Shown: positions 1-7,907 of the stretch, one piece after another
How positions within the stretch are numbered: position 1 is the first letter of the stretch
Layout: each line of letters starts with the position of its first letter
Source of the DNA: a virus
DNA length: 16,053 nucleotides
Reading direction: 5' to 3' (one strand)
UHGV virus genome: UHGV-0060588
Position numbers and translations under genes: made by a program
The notes under the pieces: model-generated
What the model saw: the letters and a program-made list of their open reading frames with translations, nothing else
Told to the model about the DNA's origin: nothing
The model's database searches: none

Positions 1-12
1 TAAGATTCATGT
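1..12 (-). CDS. 5' end (first 4 codons) of a leftward gene that runs off the window
   Basis: Minus-strand ATG at 12..10 preceded by AAAGGGGAAAC (GGGGA Shine-Dalgarno, 4-nt spacer). Only the start is visible, so the product is unknown. Confidence 0.25.
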
Positions 13-33
13 TTCCCCTTTCTCGATAAGTAA

Positions 34-56
34 AGCCCCGCCTTAAAGCGGGGCGC
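34..56. terminator. GC-rich stem-loop GCCCCGC-N6-GCGGGGC, possible terminator or 5'-UTR structure
   Basis: 7-bp perfect stem seen directly. On the minus strand it is followed by TTTACTTATC and then the SD/ATG of the leftward gene; there is no clean U-tract on either strand. Confidence 0.35.
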
Positions 57-319
57 TAGTCCTTATCATTTAAACATAGAAACGGCGTAATCTCAGTAAA
101 CCAGTTACTTTTTACACAAGCAATAGAGTATGGCCCTTCCGAACGCGTCAGCGTAACTACACTCAGGACTTACGTCCAGCTCCGTTACCTGCCGCGCCGC
201 GGTCGCTTGCTCATACTTCACAAGCTCAGGTGGAGCTTATCATATTTTTAGTGAAAAGTCAAATATTCGAATAGTTTATTCCAACATTTACAATTGAGTG
301 GAATAACTGGAATACGTAA

Positions 320-348
320 ATAAATAGTTTGCGCGCACCAACATAATA
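320..348 (+). promoter_or_regulatory. sigma70-type promoter P1 (TTGCGC-N17-TACTAT) for the clamp-like gene
   Basis: -35 TTGCGC at 320-325, 17-nt spacer, -10 TACTAT at 343-348, in an AT-rich leader 37 nt upstream of the ATG. It shares the core AATAGGGTACTATTCA with two minus-strand promoters elsewhere in the window. Confidence 0.5.
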
Positions 349-384
349 GGGTACTATTCAGTTAACTTAAACAGGAGATGAGAA

Positions 385-906
385 ATGGTTACTACAGTAA
401 TTACTTTCCCTGCGTATGTAGGGGCGAAAATATGCAGGGCTAAAAATGATGTTCGCTACTATTTGAACGCTTTTTACATAGACCCTGAAGGATTGATAGT
501 GTCTACGGACGGTCATAGATTGTTCTGCGACAATGTGAAGACCAACGTTGAGAAAGGGACTCTCATAGACATCAAAGGGAGAGAGCCTTCTAAATTTAAC
601 TACGCGGAGGTAAACCACGACAACGGCAGTGTATCTTTCTATGACGATAATCGTGCGCTTATATGTACACTTCCGGTAGATGTTGTAGAAGGAAACTTTC
701 CTGACTGGAGACGCGTGGCGCACATCACACCGGGTGTTGTCGATAGTATAGGGTTCACCCTGCGTTATTTGGCAGACGCGTACAAGATTTCTAAGGCATA
801 CAAAAATGAAATTGCTCGTTTTGATTTCCAGGACCAAACCAGAGGATGCAAAATACAATTTTCAAACACGGCCTTTATGGTGTTAATGCCTGCGCGATTT
901 AAATAA
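385..906 (+). CDS. truncated DNA polymerase III beta sliding-clamp (DnaN) homolog, 173 aa
   Basis: AGGAG SD 8 nt before the ATG and a terminator immediately after the stop. The protein carries DVRYYLN and TDGHRL, then VEGNFPDWRRV, then IGFTLRYL...AFMVLMPARFK, which line up with E. coli DnaN segments QDVRYYLNG...ATDGHRLAV, VDGRFPDYRRV and IGFNVSYVL...AAYVVMPMRL (DnaN recalled from memory). The overlapping minus ORF 367..858 has no such support. Confidence 0.7.
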   Translation: MVTTVITFPAYVGAKICRAKNDVRYYLNAFYIDPEGLIVSTDGHRLFCDNVKTNVEKGTLIDIKGREPSKFNYAEVNHDNGSVSFYDDNRALICTLPVDVVEGNFPDWRRVAHITPGVVDSIGFTLRYLADAYKISKAYKNEIARFDFQDQTRGCKIQFSNTAFMVLMPARFK

Positions 907-912
907 AACTAA

Positions 913-933
913 GGCCCCATTATGGGGCCTTTT
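913..933. terminator. rho-independent terminator (GGCCCCA-TTA-TGGGGCC followed by TTTT), probably bidirectional
   Basis: Perfect 7-bp GC stem with 3-nt loop and a T-run on the plus strand directly after the clamp-like gene stop. On the minus strand it follows the stop of the Ig-like ORF (945) with a U-rich tail (TTAGTTTTA). Confidence 0.7.
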
Positions 934-944
934 ATCATTCTGGC

Positions 945-1280
945 TTAGTAACCTTCGCCCGCCGCATTAACAGTCAGAGACAGAGCCTCTTCCGGGGCGT
1001 TCACCACTTCCTTCCCGTCTTTGTACCAGGTCAGTACATACGGCGCTTTACCCGCCTTAACCTCGACAGTGATAGTCGCACTTCCGTCCGCCAGTTCAGC
1101 GCCCTGCGGTTGTACAGAGAAATACACATCTCCAGCGTCAGCCAGATACGGAACCTCGTAAAGCATACCCGCCGCAGGGAGTGCGATACCGGTTTTATCT
1201 GCAAACGGCATATCATCTACCGGTGTACCTAGTACACTTTCGTCTTCAATAAACACCACGTTCTCACCAGAGCCAGACAC
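945..1280 (-). CDS. Ig-like (Big-type) domain protein, 111 aa as drawn; true start uncertain
   Basis: Sequence has an Ig-like beta-sandwich flavour (ATITVEVKAGKAPYVLTWYKDGKEV). The track start is a GTG with no SD, and the frame stays open 28 codons further upstream without any ATG/GTG/TTG. Confidence 0.5.
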   Translation of the reverse strand: MSGSGENVVFIEDESVLGTPVDDMPFADKTGIALPAAGMLYEVPYLADAGDVYFSVQPQGAELADGSATITVEVKAGKAPYVLTWYKDGKEVVNAPEEALSLTVNAAGEGY

Positions 1281-1342
1281 ACGGGCGTACTGGACTACGC
1301 GGCGCGCAGGTACATCAGTTACTTTAAAAAAAAGCCCATAAA

Positions 1343-1963
1343 CTAAACCTCTTTCATTGAGTTAATCTTACGTAAGACGCCTTCGAAAAGGCGTGGGTCT
1401 ATGCTATCGCAAAGACCTTTGTATTCATATGCTAATTCAATTTTTCTATGAAACCATGCTACGTGTGCCTCTTGAGCGGTTTCGTAAGCGCCTATTTGTT
1501 CAGATACGCCATCCACGGATACTTGAGCGATGAATCTTTTCTTTTGTTTATGGAAATGTACGCCGAGTGGGTGTTCGCCTCGAAGAGCGTGGGCTGTTAG
1601 GAAAGTATTGAGGGATTTAGGGATGAAAACACAGTTAGAAGCATCGTAAACCTTATTTCCCGGGTTAAGTAAATCCTTATCTATCTGCCACCCAGGTACA
1701 TAAAAATCATCAAACCAGACCTTGAAATTACTGAACACCAACCAATCGTCCGACACGCGGCAACCTATATAAGTTCTGTTTCTTTGCTGCCATTTCTTGT
1801 CGTAGCACCTCTTTAACATGTTCTTCCATACGGCGTAGGACGCTATATGCACCCCTCCGCAACTTATTGGTGAAACATCGTTAATACCCACACCAAAAAC
1901 AATTCCCATATTAAACCCTATAAGAAAACCCCATGAAGATTGGTCGATGCCAGAGATAGGCAT
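1343..1963 (-). CDS. HNH-like homing endonuclease with C-terminal AP2-type DNA-binding domain, 206 aa
   Basis: N-terminal signature ASYAVWKNMLKRCYD...IDKDLLNPGNKVYDASNCVF typical of phage HNH-family endonucleases, and C-terminal GVHFHKQKKRFIAQVSVDGVSEQIGAYETAQEAHVAW matching the AP2 pattern. It sits between head morphogenesis and Ig-like ORFs as a free-standing insertion. Confidence 0.65.
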   Translation of the reverse strand: MPISGIDQSSWGFLIGFNMGIVFGVGINDVSPISCGGVHIASYAVWKNMLKRCYDKKWQQRNRTYIGCRVSDDWLVFSNFKVWFDDFYVPGWQIDKDLLNPGNKVYDASNCVFIPKSLNTFLTAHALRGEHPLGVHFHKQKKRFIAQVSVDGVSEQIGAYETAQEAHVAWFHRKIELAYEYKGLCDSIDPRLFEGVLRKINSMKEV

Positions 1964-1977
1964 ACCTTCATGGGGTT
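1927..1977 (-). promoter_or_regulatory. 12-bp perfect inverted repeat (AACCCCATGAAG-N27-CTTCATGGGGTT) enclosing the HNH start codon
   Basis: Plus-strand 1927-1938 and 1966-1977 are exact reverse complements. In the minus-strand mRNA the ATG at 1963..1961 lies at the 5' edge of the loop. Confidence 0.4.
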
Positions 1978-2033
1978 ATATTCTTTCTCTATTTTTAGTA
2001 GTTCACCGACCAAAGCTAGCTACTAGATATACT

Positions 2034-3110
2034 TTATACCGACCTAAGATATTCAGCAACCCTGTTATCTAACGCCGCCATCTCCTTCAAGGTTAAAGGT
2101 CTACCAAAAGCGTCGACGGATATTACCCGGAATTCCTCTGGGGATATCCCACTATTCCTGAATATAGCACCGCGGGTAGGTCCGAGTGCTTCATCCACGA
2201 ACCATGCCGGTTGCTGTTTCAGGAACTCGTAATAGGTGGTGTCTGCGCTTACCTGCATACCGCCGTCCGCACCCTTAGCCGCGCGTTTTGCACCTTTATC
2301 TAGGAAGTCGAACTCCGAACTGATTACCGGTGCAGTGGTACTTCGACAATTCGGATGGGCGGGGGGCATCGGCCCCTTACCAATTTCCCACGTCATTCCG
2401 TCTCTGGCTCTGCAAATCGTACTGGTACGGCTGTCCAGTGTTGATACCCACTCGTACTTCTCGATGATGTCGTCGTTCTGGCGGTACGTCTCGTTGCGGG
2501 CTTCGTTGGATACGTGGGAAAGCGCGGTGCGAATTACAGTAGTTGCGTTTCGCTCAGAGATGTCAGCCAGCCCACCCGCGCCTACGACATTCTTAACAAT
2601 CTGCCGTGTGGTCTGGCCTTGTACGAAACCCATCTTAACGCCAGTTACCAGGCGCGCTACTTCTGTTTCGCCCCAACCATTCATCAGCTTAGTGAAGTCG
2701 ACAGGCTTGTCGCTTAATGAGAGCGGCTGAAACTCGGCAGCGGCCCACACCTGTTCAGCGGTAGGCGTAACAAATTCCGCGTCTACGTTGGCGGTCAGTG
2801 TCTTTACGTTCCACTCCGCTTCATATGCTGCCAGTTCCTTAAGGTCTTCTGTCAGCTTCGTCTGCCAGCCGCCTGTAAGTCCTGTTAATGCTTCTTCGAG
2901 GTCGCGTAACAATTTATTCAGCCGCGCGGTGCTCCGCCCGTCGTCGCCGAATAACAGCACCTGCCGTTTGATTTCGTCCCGCATCTCCTGAAGGAACGGT
3001 GCGAGGTCTTTCACTTCACCGGATGCGGTGCGTTGCAGCCATATCTGGTGGCTGATTAGAGATGTAAGTAAGCTCATAGCTAAACCCTGTGGTGCTAAAG
3101 TTAATAGCAT
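2034..3110 (-). CDS. phage head morphogenesis protein (SPP1 gp7 / Mu F-like minor head protein), 358 aa
   Basis: C-terminal signature WVSTLDSRTSTICRARDGMTWEIGKGPMPPAHPNCRST (W-x-TLD-x-RT...H-P-N-C-R) characteristic of this family, and position directly downstream of the portal gene. Confidence 0.8.
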   Translation of the reverse strand: MLLTLAPQGLAMSLLTSLISHQIWLQRTASGEVKDLAPFLQEMRDEIKRQVLLFGDDGRSTARLNKLLRDLEEALTGLTGGWQTKLTEDLKELAAYEAEWNVKTLTANVDAEFVTPTAEQVWAAAEFQPLSLSDKPVDFTKLMNGWGETEVARLVTGVKMGFVQGQTTRQIVKNVVGAGGLADISERNATTVIRTALSHVSNEARNETYRQNDDIIEKYEWVSTLDSRTSTICRARDGMTWEIGKGPMPPAHPNCRSTTAPVISSEFDFLDKGAKRAAKGADGGMQVSADTTYYEFLKQQPAWFVDEALGPTRGAIFRNSGISPEEFRVISVDAFGRPLTLKEMAALDNRVAEYLRSV

Positions 3111-3146
3111 ACTATAAGAAAGCCCCTTTCGGGGCTATATGTGAAC

Positions 3147-4631
3147 TTACTGCTGAGCGGTGTCTTGTTGTTGCTGCGCCGACTGCGGAATCTCTCCTGC
3201 TACCTGAGTAACCGCGCCTAACGGCAGCGGCGCGTCCTCAATAGCGTTCTGGATGTCTTCGTCCGTCCAGTCGGTTACGCCTGCCTTACGCAATGCCGAG
3301 TAATAGGCAGTAGCCGGTAACAGGCCCGCGTTAATGTCCGCCATCCACTGCGCTCGGTCCTGCGCGGTCATCGGTTGCAGGAAGAACTCCATGTTTAGCT
3401 TGAACTCAATTTCTGTGTCATCACGCAACCCAAGCATGGCAGCCGCCCAGCGCAACGCATCGGTATACGCCATGCTTACGTTACACGCGATTGTCGCCAT
3501 AACGGACGTATCGGCGCTGCGTTGTAGACGGGCTGATTCCGCAGTGATTTGCTGCGTCGGGGTGATAAGCTGCGCACCAATCCGGATGGCCTGATTCTCT
3601 TTATCCAGCATGTTCTGCTTGGCCAGGTTATTCTCTCCGGCCTGGACCAGAAACGCATTGCCGCCGTAGCCGATGTTATGACCTGAACGCGACCCCATGC
3701 GCACACCGTGTGGGTTAGCCTCTTTCCACTGTTCCATGCTCATGTTCTCACCCGGGGCGATGAACAGAGTTGGCTGACCTACAACGAAGCTGGATTCCTC
3801 ATTGTCTGCGCTGTTGCGGAAATGCCCGATATTAAGCTCGGCCAACGGCAGCAAAGGCGCATCGTCAATGGTCGCGTCGTTATTGCTTGCGCCAATAAAC
3901 GTGAACGGGATTTTGCCGCGCAACTGTTCGCCAAGTTCCGGGAATATTTCGATTACTTCATCCTGAGCGCCACCTTCGGCATCGAAGCGGTAAATGCGCT
4001 GGCGGTAGCGCCCATCAATCAGGTCAAGGACGCGGTATTGCTCGCCGAACTTTGTTTCGAACTCTGCACCGGGTTCAGAGTATTCCCATACTTCGCGCAA
4101 CACGACCATTGTCACGCGGTTAACTGAACCAACGCGGGTCAGTCTCCAGTTGATGATGTTCTCCGCGGTGTAGAATGCGATGACCGGGTTTAATAATCCT
4201 GCGTTCTGTTCGGCTGCCGTTGCTGCGGCGGTCTCTGGTGCATCAACCAGCAACCCGCCACGACCTACCGAGTCAATTTCCATCAAAGTATCCTGCGCGT
4301 GCTGCCATAGCCCGACACCTGAACCGTCAGCGTTGCGTAACAGGTACTCAAGTTCAGGCGGGATAATCTGCTCAGGGTCTTTACGCATAACACTGCCGAC
4401 CATCCCCGCCAGGGTACGTTTAGTGAAGTTGTAGCAGATAGCGCCGTTCTCGTATTCTTCCTGGCGCTGTGCCGCATAGGTCGGGTCAGGCTCGTTCTTC
4501 CCGACATTGCGCAGGTAACGGATGAGGTCGCCTTCCAGCGCGTGGCGCACCTTCTGCCATTTATTGAAGTGATGCAGCCATTCCCGGTGTTTTGTCTTAA
4601 CACCCTGATTCTGACCGTTCATAGTTAACAT
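3147..4631 (-). CDS. portal protein, 494 aa
   Basis: Size and position between the large terminase and head morphogenesis genes. GAGGA SD before the ATG at 4631, 12 nt after the TerL stop. No specific motif recalled. Confidence 0.7.
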   Translation of the reverse strand: MLTMNGQNQGVKTKHREWLHHFNKWQKVRHALEGDLIRYLRNVGKNEPDPTYAAQRQEEYENGAICYNFTKRTLAGMVGSVMRKDPEQIIPPELEYLLRNADGSGVGLWQHAQDTLMEIDSVGRGGLLVDAPETAAATAAEQNAGLLNPVIAFYTAENIINWRLTRVGSVNRVTMVVLREVWEYSEPGAEFETKFGEQYRVLDLIDGRYRQRIYRFDAEGGAQDEVIEIFPELGEQLRGKIPFTFIGASNNDATIDDAPLLPLAELNIGHFRNSADNEESSFVVGQPTLFIAPGENMSMEQWKEANPHGVRMGSRSGHNIGYGGNAFLVQAGENNLAKQNMLDKENQAIRIGAQLITPTQQITAESARLQRSADTSVMATIACNVSMAYTDALRWAAAMLGLRDDTEIEFKLNMEFFLQPMTAQDRAQWMADINAGLLPATAYYSALRKAGVTDWTDEDIQNAIEDAPLPLGAVTQVAGEIPQSAQQQQDTAQQ

Positions 4632-4643
4632 TGAATAATCCTC

Positions 4644-5894
4644 TTAAAGTGCGAAAGTCACCGGGATGTTGATTACTGGCTTAACCACCGGCATCTCATA
4701 AACTACAGGATAGCCGAGAGCATCCGCCATATGGTCAATGACGCCGTCTTTAGCAGGCTCTCCGTTATCATCATATGCCTGCTGCTCCAGTGTCTTCGCT
4801 ATCTCAGGGCATAAGTGGTCGTTAACCCACAGCTTACCTTTTTCCAGCGCGGTATTCACGGCTAAAACACGGTCTTTAACCGGTGGGTTGGCGGATTTAG
4901 CGCGAACATCAAAACCGGCCTGCTGTAGTAAGGCGATATCGGAGATTGACGCCGAGTTGGTTTTGCGGTTCTTGCCGCTGGCGTCCGGGTAAACGACGAT
5001 GCGGTGGCCTTGCGACTTCCACTTCTCGGTAATCACACGCACGGTATCTGGCGTATCGAACAGGCCCTTCAGTTCTGCTACCGCGTGCCAGCCGTCTTTA
5101 CGTTGCACATACACGGCGCTGGCGTTCTTCGTAACGTTGAAGTCCTGCCCGATGTACAGCGTGTCGCCCGGTTGGATTGTCTCTTTGCTGCGATGCTTAC
5201 GTCGGTCGTAGGCGTAGTAGACGCTGCCGGATGTCAGGTTAACGAACTCCCCATTCAGATACGCGTTAATCAGTTGCGCTGGGTAAGTCTCGGTCAGCGA
5301 GCTAATGTAGTCAGGCGGCAGGAATCGCGCGTTCTCGTGGGTGGAAGCCTGCACCATTGAGTAACTCGGTGTCGGGTTCTCTTTGAACTTGGCGTAGACG
5401 AACTTGAACCCTTCCGGCGTCGTGGTGACGGAGATGTGGTTGGTTACACCAGGGATAACCAGACGCATACGGGCGACGATTTTGTTCCATGCCAGTTCAG
5501 CTTTTTCTCGGCTCAGTACGTCCAGTTCATCCACGACCGCGGCGGCGATTTTGAAACCCACAATCGAACCGGGGTTATCCATAGAACGACAGATAACCGT
5601 TCCGAGCACCGTCTTACCGCGAGTAACCACGACCTCTTTGTCTCCGGATTTAACCAGCACATCAAGGCCGAGCAGGTTAGCCGCTTCCTCGAATGTCGGG
5701 TAGAAGATGTCACGGATGGCGGGATAGGTAGGGCCGAAGTAGCCCAGGCGTGTACCAGGGTGCTTGAGCATAAACGTAAGCAGGTCAAGGCAGCCGACAA
5801 ACGTCTTGCCACTACCGAAGCCGCCTACGTAGGCCTTGTATTTGTTGTCACAATTCAGGAACAGTGCCTGCGGCGCGGATAGCTGAATACTCAT
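4644..5894 (-). CDS. terminase large subunit (TerL), 416 aa
   Basis: N-terminal ATPase with Walker A GGFGSGKT and Walker B VVDELD, and a C-terminal nuclease-like region with conserved acidic residues (IGQDFN, YPDASG). The start overlaps the TerS stop (ATGA). Confidence 0.85.
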   Translation of the reverse strand: MSIQLSAPQALFLNCDNKYKAYVGGFGSGKTFVGCLDLLTFMLKHPGTRLGYFGPTYPAIRDIFYPTFEEAANLLGLDVLVKSGDKEVVVTRGKTVLGTVICRSMDNPGSIVGFKIAAAVVDELDVLSREKAELAWNKIVARMRLVIPGVTNHISVTTTPEGFKFVYAKFKENPTPSYSMVQASTHENARFLPPDYISSLTETYPAQLINAYLNGEFVNLTSGSVYYAYDRRKHRSKETIQPGDTLYIGQDFNVTKNASAVYVQRKDGWHAVAELKGLFDTPDTVRVITEKWKSQGHRIVVYPDASGKNRKTNSASISDIALLQQAGFDVRAKSANPPVKDRVLAVNTALEKGKLWVNDHLCPEIAKTLEQQAYDDNGEPAKDGVIDHMADALGYPVVYEMPVVKPVINIPVTFAL

Positions 5895-6436
5895 TCCTCT
5901 ACCTCACCCATGTTCGTTGTTACAATTTTACCTACAGGCTCCGCAACACTGAAAATAATCTCAGTCGGTGCCGTTTCTTCGGCGGATTCAACTGGTTTCT
6001 CTTTGCCAAGGCCAAGTTTCGCAGCGGCAAACGTAGCAGAGATACCTGCAGCCCCTGTCTCAGTGAAGTATGCCTCTTCCAATGCCTGTGCTGTCTCATA
6101 GGCTTCGGCAAATGCGGGAATCTCACGCAGCCACAGCTTAATAATCGGGATAGTGACGCCGATGTGTAGGGCGAAGCGGGCCAGTGACGGTGGCTTATCC
6201 TGAATCAGCGGGCGTTCGTCACCCTTAGACGTGGGCGCAAGTTCCCATGACGTGCGGTCGAAGAACTCGATTAACGCGTCGCAATAGTCCGGGTCCCACA
6301 ACGCGGCGGAATTACGGGACGATTGATAAAGGCTCTGTTTACCGCGCGGTCGTTTACGGCGACGGTTTGCGCTAACAGCTTCTTCATGTGCAGCTTGCAC
6401 CACCTCTGGCGATGGCTGCTTGAGTTTCAGCTTCAT
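5891..6436 (-). CDS. putative terminase small subunit (TerS), about 181 aa from ATG 6436
   Basis: Directly upstream of and translationally coupled to TerL. AAGGGGA SD 5 nt before ATG 6436 (the track ORF extends to 6475). Basic N-terminal segment followed by a helical segment, consistent with DNA binding; assignment is mainly positional. Confidence 0.55.
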   Translation of the reverse strand: MKLKLKQPSPEVVQAAHEEAVSANRRRKRPRGKQSLYQSSRNSAALWDPDYCDALIEFFDRTSWELAPTSKGDERPLIQDKPPSLARFALHIGVTIPIIKLWLREIPAFAEAYETAQALEEAYFTETGAAGISATFAAAKLGLGKEKPVESAEETAPTEIIFSVAEPVGKIVTTNMGEVEE

Positions 6437-6529
6437 AGAATCCCCTTGCATATGCGTCTGACCATCAGAGCGCACCAGACGCGCCCTACGCGTCTAAAGG
6501 GATTATATAAGGGGATTAGGCAGGATGTA

Positions 6530-6553
6530 CAGAAAAGCCCTCCGTAGAGGGCT
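6530..6553 (-). terminator. rho-independent terminator (AGCCCTC-CGTA-GAGGGCT then UUUUCU on the minus strand)
   Basis: 7-bp stem with 4-nt loop, 10 nt downstream of the last gene of the accessory operon (stop 6564) and upstream of TerS. Confidence 0.5.
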
Positions 6554-6563
6554 TGTGGTGTGA

Positions 6564-6719
6564 CTATTCGGTTATATCGCCGCCGTCTACCAGTGCTAAC
6601 GGGATTCTCACTTCACCGTTGAATGTTTCGGCGTACCAGAACTTCTCACATTGCGTTACGTTGAAAACATCAAGTTCTGATGTAGCGCCTGTCTTCCAGT
6701 ACACCGTTAACTTTTTCAT
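6564..6719 (-). CDS. hypothetical protein, 51 aa (below the ORF-track cutoff)
   Basis: ATG at 6719 preceded by GAGGAGG with a 7-nt spacer and overlapping the stop of the upstream gene (ATGA). Found by manual translation. Confidence 0.45.
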   Translation of the reverse strand: MKKLTVYWKTGATSELDVFNVTQCEKFWYAETFNGEVRIPLALVDGGDITE

Positions 6720-6952
6720 ACATCACCCTCCTCTCGTGCGATACGTTGCTCTGTTTTAGTGATACCACGGCGCGTGAATAGCACCGGGCTTGTCTTAACG
6801 TGCGTCATGAGACGATTGTTATAAATTACGTGGCGCTCGCAGTTCACGTCTTTACTGTACTTCGCAATCGTCATTTCGTTGAGGCCAGTTTGTCGGCATG
6901 TCTCCGCCATCGTGCCGAATTCTTTAATCAGGTTAGGAATGCTGGTAATCAT
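6716..6952 (-). CDS. small putative helix-turn-helix DNA-binding protein, 78 aa from ATG 6952
   Basis: The track ORF starts at GTG 6976; ATG 6952 has a GAGGAA SD and overlaps the upstream stop (ATGA). The segment FGTMAETCRQTGLNEMTIAKY looks like an HTH. Confidence 0.5.
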   Translation of the reverse strand: MITSIPNLIKEFGTMAETCRQTGLNEMTIAKYSKDVNCERHVIYNNRLMTHVKTSPVLFTRRGITKTEQRIAREEGDV

Positions 6953-7119
6953 CCTAAGAAATTCCTCGTTGACCACATCGCATTCGGATATTTGTTATCC
7001 CGGTCCTGCACTACGGCAATCATGTTACCGCGTTGCACGAGGCAAAAGTGCCGCTGTTGCTCGCCGTTATAGCGCCGCCATATTGCTTCTTCGATTGCTG
7101 CGTTGATGTCACTGAACAT
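6949..7119 (-). CDS. hypothetical protein, 56 aa (below the ORF-track cutoff)
   Basis: ATG at 7119 sits 2 nt after the stop of the upstream gene and is preceded by GGGGTGA; its own stop overlaps the next start (ATGA). Manual translation. Confidence 0.4.
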   Translation of the reverse strand: MFSDINAAIEEAIWRRYNGEQQRHFCLVQRGNMIAVVQDRDNKYPNAMWSTRNFLG

Positions 7120-7121
7120 AA

Positions 7122-7304
7122 TCACCCCACTACCTCATCGCCAAGCCACGCCGTTTCTCGTATATCATCGACCACACAAGCGGCGTGCTCACGGCTAATT
7201 GCAAAAATGTAGAAGCTAAACTTCTTCCCGTCGGCGTCGATGTGGTTAACCGAGTAGGGTTTCCACAGGACGCCATCAATTACTACTGGCTTAGGCGACT
7301 CCAT
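7122..7304 (-). CDS. hypothetical protein, about 60 aa from ATG 7304 (track ORF 7122..7388 starts at GTG)
   Basis: Open frame in the coupled minus-strand operon. ATG 7304 with a GGTGAAG SD keeps the overlap with the upstream gene to 14 nt, whereas the GTG start would overlap by about 100 nt. Confidence 0.45.
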   Translation of the reverse strand: MESPKPVVIDGVLWKPYSVNHIDADGKKFSFYIFAISREHAACVVDDIRETAWLGDEVVG

Positions 7305-7530
7305 ACGCTTCACCACATTTAATGCACGTGGCTCGATGTAACCCGCCAACCACATGTAAGTAGTAGTCATGCGCACAAGGCTTTTCACCCTCTTTCAACT
7401 TATCAAGCAACAACTTAAATGCCTCCAGTTGAAACTCACCGTTAATCGACAGTTGCCCGCTTAACGTCTGTTTCTCCGACTCAAGCACCAGAATACGGCG
7501 CTCGAGTGACGCGATTGTGATTTTAGGCAT
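7291..7530 (-). CDS. hypothetical protein, 79 aa; coiled-coil N-terminus and C-terminal Cys/His cluster (possible zinc ribbon)
   Basis: Start overlaps the upstream stop (TAATG). Heptad-like LERRILVLESEKQTLSGQL and C-terminal CAHDYYLHVVGGLHRATCIKCGEAYG. Confidence 0.5.
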   Translation of the reverse strand: MPKITIASLERRILVLESEKQTLSGQLSINGEFQLEAFKLLLDKLKEGEKPCAHDYYLHVVGGLHRATCIKCGEAYGVA

Positions 7531-7766
7531 TATTCGGCCCCCTCATAAAAATCTCCATTTCGGTAATCCCCATCGAAATCGTCAGAAATAGCGCACCCCT
7601 TGTTCAGGTTGAAGCGGTTAATCAGTTCACGGCGAGTCTCGTAAAGCGACTCTACCATTTGCTCCGCTACTGCGATTTTAGTATTCAGAACGTGCATCAC
7701 GTGGCTTACGTCTACGCCGCCGTTAACGGCCTCTACCATCATCTTTTCGTATTCACGGTCAGTCAT
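7530..7766 (-). CDS. hypothetical acidic protein, 78 aa
   Basis: ATG 7766 is 3 nt after the upstream stop. Asp/Glu-rich C-terminus (SDDFDGDYRNGDFYEGAE). Confidence 0.5.
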   Translation of the reverse strand: MTDREYEKMMVEAVNGGVDVSHVMHVLNTKIAVAEQMVESLYETRRELINRFNLNKGCAISDDFDGDYRNGDFYEGAE

Positions 7767-7769
7767 TCT

Positions 7770-7907
7770 TTACGCTCTCCCCACATGCGATTGAGATACT
7801 TGTTCTTGTCCGGCCCCGGGAAACTGTTTCTCGCGTGTCGGGAACGGGGTGTGACTGACTTTACGGCCTACCCGTAATGGCTGGCTTACTGGACCTTGTT
7901 CGCTCAT
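7770..7907 (-). CDS. hypothetical protein, 45 aa, Gly/Pro/Gln-rich (below the ORF-track cutoff)
   Basis: ATG 7907 overlaps the upstream stop (ATGA) and is preceded by GGGAGA; the stop lies 3 nt before the next start. Low-complexity sequence, so coding status is uncertain. Confidence 0.35.
   Translation of the reverse strand: MSEQGPVSQPLRVGRKVSHTPFPTREKQFPGAGQEQVSQSHVGRA

Noticed and set aside
61-300. Possible tRNA or small RNA in the non-coding stretch at the left end
   Set aside because: I looked for a T-arm (GTTCGAAT-like) and a 7-bp acceptor stem and found neither, only weak 6-bp inverted repeats. Not callable without a tRNA scanner.
367-858. 163-aa minus-strand ORF overlapping the clamp-like gene
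   Set aside because: No SD and no recognisable motif. The plus-strand frame has a strong SD, a downstream terminator and clear DnaN-like blocks, so the minus ORF is taken as an antisense artefact.
2236-5882. Multiple plus-strand ORFs (for example 2236..2730, 3708..4127, 5004..5360, 5436..5882) inside the terminase, portal and head morphogenesis genes
   Set aside because: They lie antisense to long, motif-supported minus-strand genes, have no ribosome-binding sites and have low-complexity Ser/Ala/Arg-rich translations typical of spurious antisense frames.
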